From: an uncultured Gammaproteobacteria bacterium
GTDB lineage: Bacteria; Pseudomonadota; Gammaproteobacteria; Poriferisulfidales; GCA-002705445
Length of the DNA: 64,000 nucleotides
NCBI GenBank assembly: GCA_913031205.1
Contig: CAJWEM010000002.1
Span: 14,107 to 78,106 of the forward strand
Reading direction: 5' to 3'
Shown: positions 51,629 to 61,455 of the stretch, one piece after another
Layout of the letters: each line of letters opens with the position of its first letter
How positions within the stretch are numbered: position 1 is the first letter of the stretch
Program-made: the position numbers and the translations under genes
Notes under the pieces: generated by a model
The model's database searches: none
Told to the model about the DNA's origin: nothing
The model's input: the letters and a program-made list of their open reading frames with translations, nothing else

Positions 51629-51714
51629 TTTAAAAAATAGATAATTTATAAAAATAATTATATCAAAATAGCCAGGAAGTTTCTTTTTTATATAATACTA
51701 ATTATAATTATATT

Positions 51715-52317
51715 ATGATTATTCGGATTCATAGATTTCTAGGTATTGTTTTAGTTATTTTTGTATTGATACTATCAGTAACGGGAACTCTACTTCAACA
51801 TGCAGAGGAATTTAAAATACGTCAAACATATGCGTCAAGCACATTTGCAAAGAATGTTTACGGAATCGAGCCCTGTGTAATATATTCCGCGCCCATAGAA
51901 TCCAAATGGATATCTGTATGTAATAACAATTTATATTTTGACGATTATAAAATCGTGAATAATATTAAAACCCTTAGATCGGTTTATAAAGACAAAGGTA
52001 ATTATACTATCTTGTATGACGGACATAAAATAACGGTTTCGGAAAATGCAGAGATATTAGATTTAGATCATACGGAGACACCAAAAGATAAAAAAATAGC
52101 TTTGACTGAGAATACCGCCCCTAAGGAACTAAAACGAAAGATTGAAGATAAAAGCCTCAGTAAAATAATTACTTATGAAAGAATAATTGTTGATTTGCAT
52201 TCTGGGCGATTATTTGGAACATTTGGAGTTACTTTAGTAGATCTTGTGACACTAGGATTAATTATCCTGTCTATTACAGGCACATATTCATGGCTGAGGT
52301 GGAAGAAGTTTTTCTAA
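51715..52317 (+). CDS. PepSY-associated TM helix (PepSY_TM/FoxB-like) small membrane protein with a His in each of two TM helices
   Basis: 200 aa. The N-terminal TM is IRIHRFLGIVLVIF and the C-terminal TM is DLHSGRLFG..., which resembles the heme-ligating H-x3-G helices of PepSY_TM proteins. Confidence 0.6.
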   Translation: MIIRIHRFLGIVLVIFVLILSVTGTLLQHAEEFKIRQTYASSTFAKNVYGIEPCVIYSAPIESKWISVCNNNLYFDDYKIVNNIKTLRSVYKDKGNYTILYDGHKITVSENAEILDLDHTETPKDKKIALTENTAPKELKRKIEDKSLSKIITYERIIVDLHSGRLFGTFGVTLVDLVTLGLIILSITGTYSWLRWKKFF

Positions 52318-52361
52318 TTGACGACTGTAATAAACTATATATGTAGTATAAAATAATTAAT

Positions 52362-52949
52362 GTGAAAAAAAACCAAGACAAAAAAAATAATATATCTGAT
52401 GAAGAGCTATCGCTAATCTCAATTATATCTAATTTAGAAAATAAACTAGAAGAGCTTGATCATAATTTATCGTCTCTACCAAAAAATATATCATCCGAAA
52501 GTATCTCACCAGAGAATAATAAAGAACTTTATACCAAGATAGATAATTTAGAGAAACAAATATCCACAATAAATGAAATAATCTCAAACAATAAAGTAAT
52601 AGACAATGGAGATAAGTATCTCTCGACAATGCCCTCGAGGAAAAGAATTAATGTGAATAATAAAGGATATGCAGCAGCTGATGTCTTAAGGTTAAAAAGG
52701 ATAGAGTCCATCGAAAAAAAGTTAAATGATCTTATAAGGGCTTCCGGTGGTAATGTGGTTAACACTAATCAGGATGAAAGCGTTAAAGATGTTGGCAGAT
52801 CCGAATACGTTATGAGCTCGAATGATCGTTATGCAAGATCAAGAGGTATATTTTTCGGCTTTCTATTTTCAATAGTTATAGTATTTTTATTAATTATGGT
52901 TTCTACTGAATCGTACTATTTTGTTGATTTTTTTAGGTCTTTAATTTGA
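52362..52949 (+). CDS. Hypothetical coiled-coil protein with a C-terminal TM anchor
   Basis: 195 aa ORF, Asn/Ser/Glu-rich with heptad repeats and a hydrophobic C-terminus GIFFGFLFSIVIVFLLIMV. It overlaps the next ORF by 4 nt. Confidence 0.5.
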   Translation: MKKNQDKKNNISDEELSLISIISNLENKLEELDHNLSSLPKNISSESISPENNKELYTKIDNLEKQISTINEIISNNKVIDNGDKYLSTMPSRKRINVNNKGYAAADVLRLKRIESIEKKLNDLIRASGGNVVNTNQDESVKDVGRSEYVMSSNDRYARSRGIFFGFLFSIVIVFLLIMVSTESYYFVDFFRSLI

Positions 52950-53134
52950 GCTTTATTCTAAAATTCTTTTTGTTTTTTTTTAGTTTTTTCATAAAAATGT
53001 TTTCTTATACGATACTTACTTTTGTATTAATATTTATTAGTTTGGGTACAATGATATATATTTATTTTGGAAGTGAAATAAATTTTATTATTGAGAAATT
53101 ACATGAAACAATTCCCCAGGCAATACCAATATAA
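52946..53134 (+). CDS. Small hydrophobic protein (possible membrane peptide); weak call
   Basis: 62 aa ORF, start overlapping the stop of the preceding gene (ATGA). Highly Phe/Ile-rich; it could be spurious in AT-rich DNA. Confidence 0.3.
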   Translation: MSFILKFFLFFFSFFIKMFSYTILTFVLIFISLGTMIYIYFGSEINFIIEKLHETIPQAIPI

Positions 53135-53139
53135 TTAAT

Positions 53140-54978
53140 TTAATCCATATCTAGAAAGCTTTTTAGTTGCTCCGATCGACTCGGATGTCTAAGTTTTCTC
53201 AACGCTTTTGCTTCGATTTGTCTTATCCTTTCCCTAGTAACATCAAATTGTTTACCAACTTCTTCTAAAGTATGGTCTGTGTTCATATCAATACCAAAAC
53301 GCATTCTTAGAACTTTCGCCTCTCTTGGTGTGAGTGATCCTAAAATACTTCTAGTTGCTTCGCCAAGACTCTCATTTGCTGCAGATTCCATAGGAGTAAG
53401 TATATTTCCGTCTTCGATAAAATCACCTAAGTGTGAATCTTCATCATCTCCGATAGGAGTTTCCATAGAGATTGGCTCTTTAGCGATTTTCAAAACCTTT
53501 CTTATTTTATCTTCAGGCATTCCCATTTTAATAGAAAGCTCCTCAGGGCTTGGCTCTTTACCGTTTTCTTGGGTCATTTGCCTTGAGATTCTATTGAGTT
53601 TATTTATTGTTTCTATCATATGCACAGGAATTCTAATAGTTCTTGCTTGGTCAGCAATGGATCTAGTAATAGCTTGTCTAATCCACCACGTAGCATATGT
53701 TGAAAATTTATAGCCTCTACGATATTCAAACTTATCTACCGCTTTCATCAGGCCAATATTACCTTCTTGAATTAAATCAAGGAATTGAAGACCTCTATTT
53801 GTATACTTTTTCGCGATAGATATTACAAGTCGGAGATTAGCTTCAATCATTTCTTTTTTAGCACGTTTTGATTTTGCTTCTCCAATAGACATTTTTCTAT
53901 TGATTTCTTTTATTTCAGCAACAGATAAGTTTGTTTGTTCCTCAATCCTAAGCAGTTTCTTTTGTAATTTTACGATTTCTTCTTTATTTTTTTTAAGCTT
54001 GGTTGCGTATTTTGGCTTTCCAATTAATCGATTTGTAACCCAACGTAAATTCGTGCTATTTTCAGTAAAACTTTTTATGAATTCTTTTCTTGGCATGCCG
54101 CTTGATATGGCTAGTTTTGCAATTCCTTTTTCGTGATCTCTAATTTTAGATACAATTAATTTTAAATCGTGTTTAAGTTCACTTAGTAATACTGGAACTA
54201 GTCTAAACCTCATAAAATAGTCTGCAGTTTTTTCTCTAGCTTTTAAAAGTTTTTTCGCATCTTTTTTTACAGCAGGCTGATTTGTTTTTTTAAAGAGCTT
54301 AATTAAATTATCAAAATGAGACTTTGCCTCCTCTGGGTCAATACCTGTATCAAGTTCTACATCCTCATCACTCTCATCATCATCATCATCTTTTAAGGAA
54401 TGATTTGCTATAATATCGTTGTCCGCATTTGGATCTATAAATCCATTAAGAAGGTCACTTAGCTTTAGTCTCTCAATTTCTTCCTCCTCATCCTCCTCTG
54501 GTTCCGGCTGATTTATTACAAGTGCATAAGAGGTTAGTAATTTTTCAATTGTATTTGGATAAAATGCTAAGGCATGAGTTACCTGATTTATTCCTTCCTC
54601 AATTCGCTTTGCTATGCTTATTTCTCCTTCTCTAGTAAGAAGATTTACAGTTCCCATTTCACGCATATACATTCTCACAGGATCTGTTGTTCTTCCAAAC
54701 TCTTGGTCTACTGATGCTAAAGCCTGAGCTGCTTCTTCGGCAGCGTCGTCGTCAGTTGATTGATTTTCACTCATACTTAATGCGTCTTCATCGGGCGGTT
54801 GTTCCTGAACAACAATACCCATTTCTGTAATCATATTTATAATGTCTTCAATTTGGTCAGAATCAACAATTCCCTCAGGAAGATGGTCATTGACCTCAGC
54901 ATATGTCAAATAACCCTGCTCTTTTCCCTTAGAAATAAGTTCTTTTATCTTTGTTTGTTGATCTTGAGCTTTTGTCAT
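53140..54978 (-). CDS. rpoD: RNA polymerase sigma-70 factor RpoD
   Basis: 612 aa with regions 1.1-4.2, including the conserved [18 protein letters not shown] and [33 protein letters not shown]. Confidence 0.95.
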   Translation of the reverse strand: MTKAQDQQTKIKELISKGKEQGYLTYAEVNDHLPEGIVDSDQIEDIINMITEMGIVVQEQPPDEDALSMSENQSTDDDAAEEAAQALASVDQEFGRTTDPVRMYMREMGTVNLLTREGEISIAKRIEEGINQVTHALAFYPNTIEKLLTSYALVINQPEPEEDEEEEIERLKLSDLLNGFIDPNADNDIIANHSLKDDDDDESDEDVELDTGIDPEEAKSHFDNLIKLFKKTNQPAVKKDAKKLLKAREKTADYFMRFRLVPVLLSELKHDLKLIVSKIRDHEKGIAKLAISSGMPRKEFIKSFTENSTNLRWVTNRLIGKPKYATKLKKNKEEIVKLQKKLLRIEEQTNLSVAEIKEINRKMSIGEAKSKRAKKEMIEANLRLVISIAKKYTNRGLQFLDLIQEGNIGLMKAVDKFEYRRGYKFSTYATWWIRQAITRSIADQARTIRIPVHMIETINKLNRISRQMTQENGKEPSPEELSIKMGMPEDKIRKVLKIAKEPISMETPIGDDEDSHLGDFIEDGNILTPMESAANESLGEATRSILGSLTPREAKVLRMRFGIDMNTDHTLEEVGKQFDVTRERIRQIEAKALRKLRHPSRSEQLKSFLDMD

Positions 54979-55046
54979 TAAATTAGTTTTTGTTGAATAG
55001 CACCTATTTTGGGAAAGAAATTATAGCATAAAATTTAATATTTATT

Positions 55047-56762
55047 TTAAAAATTCTTTGCTTTATCTTGAATTTCAGACATTTCCTTCTTTAAGTTAGA
55101 AAACTCCTCAAGATTCATAGAATCTATATTATCAAGTTTTTCTTGTAGAACATTTTTAATAGTAAGACATAGACAGGCATTAAATTCTTTCTCAGGCCAT
55201 TCCAATTTCATTATTTCCATCATGCTAATTTTCTCCAAGGTTCTATATGTTTTTTCATCCTCCCTGAAGCTTTCTATAATTCTGCCCATATTAGTAGACT
55301 CATCATTTTCAATTTTATTTAAAATAGATTTGATTAGAATCACGCCTTTGTTGTCTGAAATTCTATTATCTTGTAATAAATCTTGATCTATTTTTAAATT
55401 GGGATGGTGAAGAAGAATTAGAATTGCTTTTTGTAAAGGCGAAGAAGTAGTAAAATTTTTCTTAGTTTTTTTCTTAATACTTACATTATCAGCCTGCGAT
55501 AAATACTTAGCTCCTATTTTCTCGTTCAAACTTTCATGGAGCATTTTTCTCATAATTGGGGCTTTTAGTGGTTTTAACAATTCATCAACTTTTTGTAAAT
55601 ATTGAGTTTTCCCAGCAGCAGTATCTAAATTCGAATCTCTTGAAAATTTTTTATAAATAAAATCTTCAATGCTTATTTTTCTTTGCACAAGTTCTTTCCA
55701 TAGCTCTTTGCCTCCTTCATTTACAATATCATCGGGATCATTATTTTCTGGTAAGAAAACAAAATTTATTTCATCACCATCTTTAATAACAGACATTATG
55801 TTTTCCACTCCCTTCCATGCAGCTTTTTCACCAGCTTTATCACCATCGAAACAACATATGATTTCTTTTGTGTATTTAAAACATTGCTCAAGATTATCTT
55901 TAGTGACCGCGGTTCCAAGAGTTGCAACAACATTCTTTATTTCAGCTTGATGCAAAGCAACAACATCCATGTAACCTTCAACTATAAAAATAGATTCCTT
56001 AGAGCTTTTGTCTTTTCTAGCAAGATTTAAATTATAAAGAACTTTCTTCTTACTAAACAAAACCGTTTCTGGGGAGTTCATATATTTCGCCAAATCAATT
56101 TTATCAGCCTCGATAATATTTCTTCCCCCAAATGCAATTACTTTTCCAGACGTATCGAAAATTGGGAACATTATTCTACCCCTGAATTTGTCATATGCAT
56201 TCTTGTCTTTTTTTACAATTAATCCAGCATCAAGGAGATTTGACTCAGTAAATTTTCGCCCAAGACTTTTATTTAGATTTTGAAAGTCATTCTCAGCGTA
56301 ACCGATTCCAAATAACTTTGCTGTCGCACCAGATATGTTTCTACTTTTAAGATAAGCTATTGCGAGTTTTGAATTTTTTAAATTTTCTACGTACAAATCT
56401 TTGGCATCTTCTAAAGACTCTTGTATTATTTTCTTAATTTCGTATTGTTTAGCTGACTCTTTATTTCTTGGTATTTCTATACCTAGAGAATTTGCAATCG
56501 TTTCAATTGCCTCGGGGTAGGTTTTATTTGCATGCTCCATAACAAAGCCAATCGCATTTCCGTGAGCGCTACATCCGAAACAATGAAAAAACTGTTTGCT
56601 TTCACTAACACTAAATGAAGAAGTCTTTTCATTATGAAATGGGCATTTAGCCCAATAATCATTACCTTTCTTTTCGAGCTTTATATAACTACCAATAATA
56701 TCAATAATATTAGCTTTTTCGAGCAGGTTATCTATAAATTCTTTTGGGATATTTTGAGCCAT
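55047..56762 (-). CDS. dnaG: DNA primase
   Basis: 571 aa with a zinc ribbon CPFHNEKTSSFSV..CFGC and a Toprim domain (EGYMDVV). Confidence 0.93.
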   Translation of the reverse strand: MAQNIPKEFIDNLLEKANIIDIIGSYIKLEKKGNDYWAKCPFHNEKTSSFSVSESKQFFHCFGCSAHGNAIGFVMEHANKTYPEAIETIANSLGIEIPRNKESAKQYEIKKIIQESLEDAKDLYVENLKNSKLAIAYLKSRNISGATAKLFGIGYAENDFQNLNKSLGRKFTESNLLDAGLIVKKDKNAYDKFRGRIMFPIFDTSGKVIAFGGRNIIEADKIDLAKYMNSPETVLFSKKKVLYNLNLARKDKSSKESIFIVEGYMDVVALHQAEIKNVVATLGTAVTKDNLEQCFKYTKEIICCFDGDKAGEKAAWKGVENIMSVIKDGDEINFVFLPENNDPDDIVNEGGKELWKELVQRKISIEDFIYKKFSRDSNLDTAAGKTQYLQKVDELLKPLKAPIMRKMLHESLNEKIGAKYLSQADNVSIKKKTKKNFTTSSPLQKAILILLHHPNLKIDQDLLQDNRISDNKGVILIKSILNKIENDESTNMGRIIESFREDEKTYRTLEKISMMEIMKLEWPEKEFNACLCLTIKNVLQEKLDNIDSMNLEEFSNLKKEMSEIQDKAKNF

Positions 56763-56764
56763 TC

Positions 56765-59700
56765 TTAAGCGGCGACGCTATCTTTATTGAAAATCTCTTC
56801 AATACTAATAGCTTTAGGCTTAACAATTAGGAATTTATCTAAGTAATTATCAAAGTCTTCTAATATAGTTTTTCCCCAACTGCTTTTTGTTTTCTCTACA
56901 TAATCTTTTATTGATTCTTTTAGAAATTTTTCTTGAAATGGATATTTATTTTTATCTATTTTCACTGCCTCAACCAATTCTGGATTATATTTATTATTAA
57001 AAGTTCCATCTTCGTCTAGAACTATTGCGAAACCTCCAGACATACCTGCTCCAAAATTAACTCCTGTTTTCCCAAGTACTATAACTGTTCCATTTGTCAT
57101 ATATTCGCAACCATGATCACCAACACCCTCAACGATGGCCATTGCACCAGAATTTCTAACTGCAAATCTTTCTCCAGCAATACCTGCGGCATAAAGCTTA
57201 CCGCCAGTTGCACCATACATACATGTGTTACCTATGATTACAGATTCGTTCGCTTTGAATTTTGCTTTTTCTGGCGGGTAAACGATAATCTCGCCAGATG
57301 CCATACCTTTGCCAACATAGTCATTAGCATCACCTTCAAGTCTTAAATGAAGTCCACCAGCATTCCATACTCCGAAACTTTGTCCGGCAGTACCTTTAAA
57401 GTTTAAGATGAGAGGAGAATCTGACATACCATAATTTCCATGTTGCTTAGCAATAAGACCGGATATATTTGCGCCAACAGATCTATCCGTATTTTTTATA
57501 ATGTAACTAAACTCACCACCTTTTTTCATTTGAATTACGGAAGAAGTATCGCTTTCAATTTCTTTCGATAAGTCTGCTTTATCCCAAGGCTCATTTGTCT
57601 TAACTTGGCAAGTATGGGCAATATCTTTATCAACGTTTGCATCAGATATAATAGGATCAATTACTAAGTTTTTCAATTTACCGCTTTCAATTTTTTTAAT
57701 TTTTAAAATATCAGTTTTTCCAATTATATCAGAAAGCTTTTTATAACCTAGAGAAGCTAGAATATGCCTAGTTTCTTGGGCAATAAACTTAAAGTAATTC
57801 ATTACCATTTCGTCCTTACCTATGAAATGATATTTTCGTAGGACCTTATTTTGAGTGGCTACCCCAGTTGCACAATTATTAAGGTGACATATTCGGAGAT
57901 ATTTACAACCCATTGCGATCATTGGACCAGTTCCAAATCCAAAACTCTCTGCCCCAAGCAATGCCGCTTTTATGACATCCAAGCCGGTTTTTAGACCACC
58001 ATCGGCCTGTAGTCTAATATTCTTTCTAAGGTTGCTTGCTCTTAAAGTTTGATGAGTTTCTGATAAACCCATTTCCCATGGACTACCAGCGTACTTGATG
58101 CTTGACAACGGGCTTGCTCCAGTTCCACCATCATAACCAGAAATTGTAATCAGATCAGCGTAAGCCTTTGTAACACCTGCAGCAATAGTTCCAACCCCAG
58201 CTTCAGCCACCAATTTTACTGATACCAACGCTTCGGGATTTACTTGTTTTAAGTCGAAAATAAGTTGTGCTAAATCTTCAATAGAATATATGTCATGGTG
58301 CGGTGGTGGAGAGATTAAAGTTATTCCAGGGTTTGAATATCTAAGAGAGGCGATAAGTTTATCCACTTTATCACCTGGGAGTTGACCACCTTCACCAGGT
58401 TTTGCTCCTTGGGCAATTTTAATTTGTATTACTTCGGCATTTACTAGGTAGTGTGGGGTAACTCCAAATCTACCAGAAGCAACTTGTTTTATTTTGGAAT
58501 TTTTATCAGTATTAAATCTTTTTTGATCCTCTCCTCCTTCGCCAGAATTAGATCTACCTCCCATTTTGTTCATTGCTTGTGCCAAAGTTTCATGAGCATC
58601 AGGGGACAAAGCGCCTAAGGACATTCCTGCCGAATCAAATCGATGAAGTATATTCTCAATAGGCTCAACTTCATCAATAGAGATAGGTTCTCTTGAGCTC
58701 TCTAGATCAAGCATATCCCTAATAACCATTTTTTCTCTAAAATTAACAATGTCGCTATACTTCTTGTAATCCTCATAATCACCACTTTTTACGGCATCTT
58801 GTAATGTGCGAACGACGTCAGGGTTATATGCATGAAATTCTTCGCCATGAACATATTTTAGCAATCCACCTTGTTTAATATCTTTTCTTTGACTCCAAGT
58901 TAGTTTTGCTAACTTTTCTTGGTCATTTTGAATATCCAAGAAGGTCGTTCCTGATAATCTATTGGTAGTATCGCAGAAACACATATCCACAACTTCCTGA
59001 CTTAAGCCGACACATTCAAAAAGCTGTGACCCTCTATAACTGGCAATCGTAGATATACCCATTTTTGATAAGATTTTATATAAACCTTTATTAATACCTT
59101 TTCTGTAGTTTCTAGTAGCTTCAAAAAATTCTGAATTATTATCCGACTTATCGATTAACATGTCATTTAGAGATTGATATGCAAGATAAGGATAAATTGC
59201 GGTAGCTCCGTATCCAATTAAAGTTGCACAGTGATGAGAATCCCTAGCGGTTGCTGTTTCGACAATAATATTGACCCTTGTTCTCAGACCATTTCTTATC
59301 AAAGCATGGTGAACTGCTCCTGTAGCTAAAAGCGCATGTATAGGTAATTTTCCTTTTTGTATATTCTTATCACTAAGGATTAGAAAAACTTTATTTTCTC
59401 TCGCAGCGTTAATAGCTTCTTGTGTAAGCTTGTTTATAGCATCTTTTAAATTTATTTCTTTATCATAGTTTAAGTCTAAAATTTTGAAACTAAATTTCTT
59501 ATTTTTTAGTTCTTGGAGTTGCTTAAATTTTCTGAAGGATAAGATCGGTGATTCAATAGTAAGTCTGTGAGCATGTTTTGAACCTTCCTCAAAGACATTG
59601 AGGTCGGGCCCAAGATAAGTCTCCAATGACATGACATTACTTTCTCTTATAGGGTCTATGGGTGGGTTAGTCACTTGTGCAAATTGCTGTCTAAAATAAT

Positions 59701-61252
59701 CATATAAAGATCTGATTTCATTAGAAAGAACTGGAAAAGGTGTATCATCTCCCATTGAACCAATAGCTTCTTGGCTTAATTTTGATAAAGGTTTTAGTAT
59801 TTGATCTTTTTCTTCATATGTTATGTTAAACATTTTTTCATATTGTTTAATTTTGACTTCATCAAAAAATTCTAAATCTGGAAATTTGTCGGGGATAATC
59901 CTTCTCATAGATTCAGCCCCACTCTCCATCCATTCTTTATAGGGACATCTATTCTTGAGCTTATCGTCTATATCGTTTGAATATAAAATTTTTCCGTCTA
60001 GAGTATCAACAGCTATTATTTGTCCAGGTCCAAGTTTCCCTTTTTCAATTATATTCTCTTCGTTATATTCATAAACTCCAATTTCGGAAGCTACAGTAAT
60101 ATGCCTATCATCAGTAATAATGTATCTCGCAGGACGCAGGCCGTTTCTATCAGTTACGCAAGCCGCATATCTTCCGTCTGTTAGAACTATTCCAGCTGGC
60201 CCATCCCATGATTCCATATGCTTTGCGTTATATTCATAGAATGCTTTGAGATCAGAGTCACTTTGGGAAATACTTTTCCACGCTGGCGGAATTAATAGTT
60301 TAATTGCTTTGAAGATATTTACTCCACCAGTTGTAAGTACCTCTAACATATTATCTAAACTTTTTGAATCTGATCCTCCCATTGAAACCAGCGGCTTAAG
60401 TTCATTTAGTTCAGGAATTTTTGAAGTTTTAAAAATACTTGATCTCGCTTGGGACCAGTTTCTATTTGCCCTAATTGTATTAATTTCACCATTATGAGCT
60501 AACATTCTAAATGGTTGCGCCAAGCTCCATTGTGGAGTTGTATTTGTTGAAAACCTCTGATGGAAAACGCAAAGCGAAGTTTCTAATTTTTCATTTGAAA
60601 GATCTAGATAAAATTTAGATAAGTGTTTTGGCATTATCATGCCTTTGTATAAAATTACTTTAGATGAAAAACTTGTAATGTAAAATGTTTCATCTCCGGT
60701 TTCTGATACTAAAATTTCAATTTTTCTTCGTATAACAAATAATCTAGACTCAATATCTTTTGAGTCTAATTTTTCTGGAGGATTTATAAAAGCTTGTGCT
60801 ATATCAGGTAATGTTTTAAGTGCATCCTCACCGCATATGTTTTTATCAGTTGGAACATCTCGCCAGCCTGCTAAAGAAAAACCATGTTCTGCCACCACTT
60901 TTTCAATTATTTTAATTGATGCCTTTCTTTTTTTTATGTCAGTGTTTAGAAAAAACATTCCGATGGCAAAGTTTTTTGCAATGTTTAGCTTTTCTTGATT
61001 GGCAATTGATCTGAAAAAGAATTCTGGAATTTTAAAAAGGATGCCGCACCCATCACCTGATGTTCCGTCAGCACCAACTGCTCCTCGATGAGCCAATCTC
61101 TCAAGAGCGGTTATTGCCGTGCTAACTAACCAGTGACTAGGTTTATCATCGATATTTGCAATAAGACCGAAGCCGCAGCTGTCTTTTTCAAAGCTTTCAT
61201 CGTATAAACCGGTAATTTTTTTTCTATCATCTTTCATAACTTTATATAGCAC
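56765..61252 (-). CDS. gltB: Glutamate synthase (NADPH) large subunit
   Basis: 1495 aa, collinear with E. coli GltB: a pro-peptide, then the N-terminal-nucleophile Cys (EKDSCGFGLIANI), the FMN domain (VASGRFGVTPHYLVNAEVIQIKIAQGAKPGEGGQLPG) and the GXGXG C-terminal domain. The start codon is GTG at 61252 (or an internal ATG at 61237). Its stop is 2 nt from the dnaG start. Confidence 0.93.
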   Translation of the reverse strand: MLYKVMKDDRKKITGLYDESFEKDSCGFGLIANIDDKPSHWLVSTAITALERLAHRGAVGADGTSGDGCGILFKIPEFFFRSIANQEKLNIAKNFAIGMFFLNTDIKKRKASIKIIEKVVAEHGFSLAGWRDVPTDKNICGEDALKTLPDIAQAFINPPEKLDSKDIESRLFVIRRKIEILVSETGDETFYITSFSSKVILYKGMIMPKHLSKFYLDLSNEKLETSLCVFHQRFSTNTTPQWSLAQPFRMLAHNGEINTIRANRNWSQARSSIFKTSKIPELNELKPLVSMGGSDSKSLDNMLEVLTTGGVNIFKAIKLLIPPAWKSISQSDSDLKAFYEYNAKHMESWDGPAGIVLTDGRYAACVTDRNGLRPARYIITDDRHITVASEIGVYEYNEENIIEKGKLGPGQIIAVDTLDGKILYSNDIDDKLKNRCPYKEWMESGAESMRRIIPDKFPDLEFFDEVKIKQYEKMFNITYEEKDQILKPLSKLSQEAIGSMGDDTPFPVLSNEIRSLYDYFRQQFAQVTNPPIDPIRESNVMSLETYLGPDLNVFEEGSKHAHRLTIESPILSFRKFKQLQELKNKKFSFKILDLNYDKEINLKDAINKLTQEAINAARENKVFLILSDKNIQKGKLPIHALLATGAVHHALIRNGLRTRVNIIVETATARDSHHCATLIGYGATAIYPYLAYQSLNDMLIDKSDNNSEFFEATRNYRKGINKGLYKILSKMGISTIASYRGSQLFECVGLSQEVVDMCFCDTTNRLSGTTFLDIQNDQEKLAKLTWSQRKDIKQGGLLKYVHGEEFHAYNPDVVRTLQDAVKSGDYEDYKKYSDIVNFREKMVIRDMLDLESSREPISIDEVEPIENILHRFDSAGMSLGALSPDAHETLAQAMNKMGGRSNSGEGGEDQKRFNTDKNSKIKQVASGRFGVTPHYLVNAEVIQIKIAQGAKPGEGGQLPGDKVDKLIASLRYSNPGITLISPPPHHDIYSIEDLAQLIFDLKQVNPEALVSVKLVAEAGVGTIAAGVTKAYADLITISGYDGGTGASPLSSIKYAGSPWEMGLSETHQTLRASNLRKNIRLQADGGLKTGLDVIKAALLGAESFGFGTGPMIAMGCKYLRICHLNNCATGVATQNKVLRKYHFIGKDEMVMNYFKFIAQETRHILASLGYKKLSDIIGKTDILKIKKIESGKLKNLVIDPIISDANVDKDIAHTCQVKTNEPWDKADLSKEIESDTSSVIQMKKGGEFSYIIKNTDRSVGANISGLIAKQHGNYGMSDSPLILNFKGTAGQSFGVWNAGGLHLRLEGDANDYVGKGMASGEIIVYPPEKAKFKANESVIIGNTCMYGATGGKLYAAGIAGERFAVRNSGAMAIVEGVGDHGCEYMTNGTVIVLGKTGVNFGAGMSGGFAIVLDEDGTFNNKYNPELVEAVKIDKNKYPFQEKFLKESIKDYVEKTKSSWGKTILEDFDNYLDKFLIVKPKAISIEEIFNKDSVAA

Positions 61253-61311
61253 ATTGAAATTACTTAAATCAAAGTTTGATGATATTTCACCAAACTCTAG
61301 GTTTAAAGTTT

Positions 61312-61361
61312 GGTGCGTTCCTTCAGCGTTTTGCCTACTTCCGTCCTATTGAGGATGAACG
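61312..61361 (-). ncRNA. Candidate glutamine riboswitch (glnA RNA motif) in the gltB 5' leader
   Basis: The minus-strand RNA is CGUUCAUCCUCAAUAGGACGGAAGUAGGCAAAACGCUGAAGGAACGCACC. It has a P1 CGUUC/GAACG helix enclosing the ACGGAAGUAGG and GAAGGAACG E-loop strands that I recall as the conserved core of the glnA motif. It lies ~60 nt upstream of gltB. Confidence 0.6.
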
Positions 61362-61455
61362 TGTATGCTTTGCATTATAAGGCTACTGAAGCATTCATTC
61401 AATAGAGAATGGACTAGAGCCCCTTGAATATTACTTATATCAGCTCAAATTGCCT

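Noticed and set aside
61286-61313. 9-bp-stem hairpin CACCAAACU…AGUUUGGUG, considered as a terminator for dgt.
   Set aside because: It lies 140 nt downstream of the dgt stop and has no U-tract. Its 5' arm overlaps the 3' end of the putative glutamine aptamer, so it is better interpreted as part of the riboswitch expression platform.
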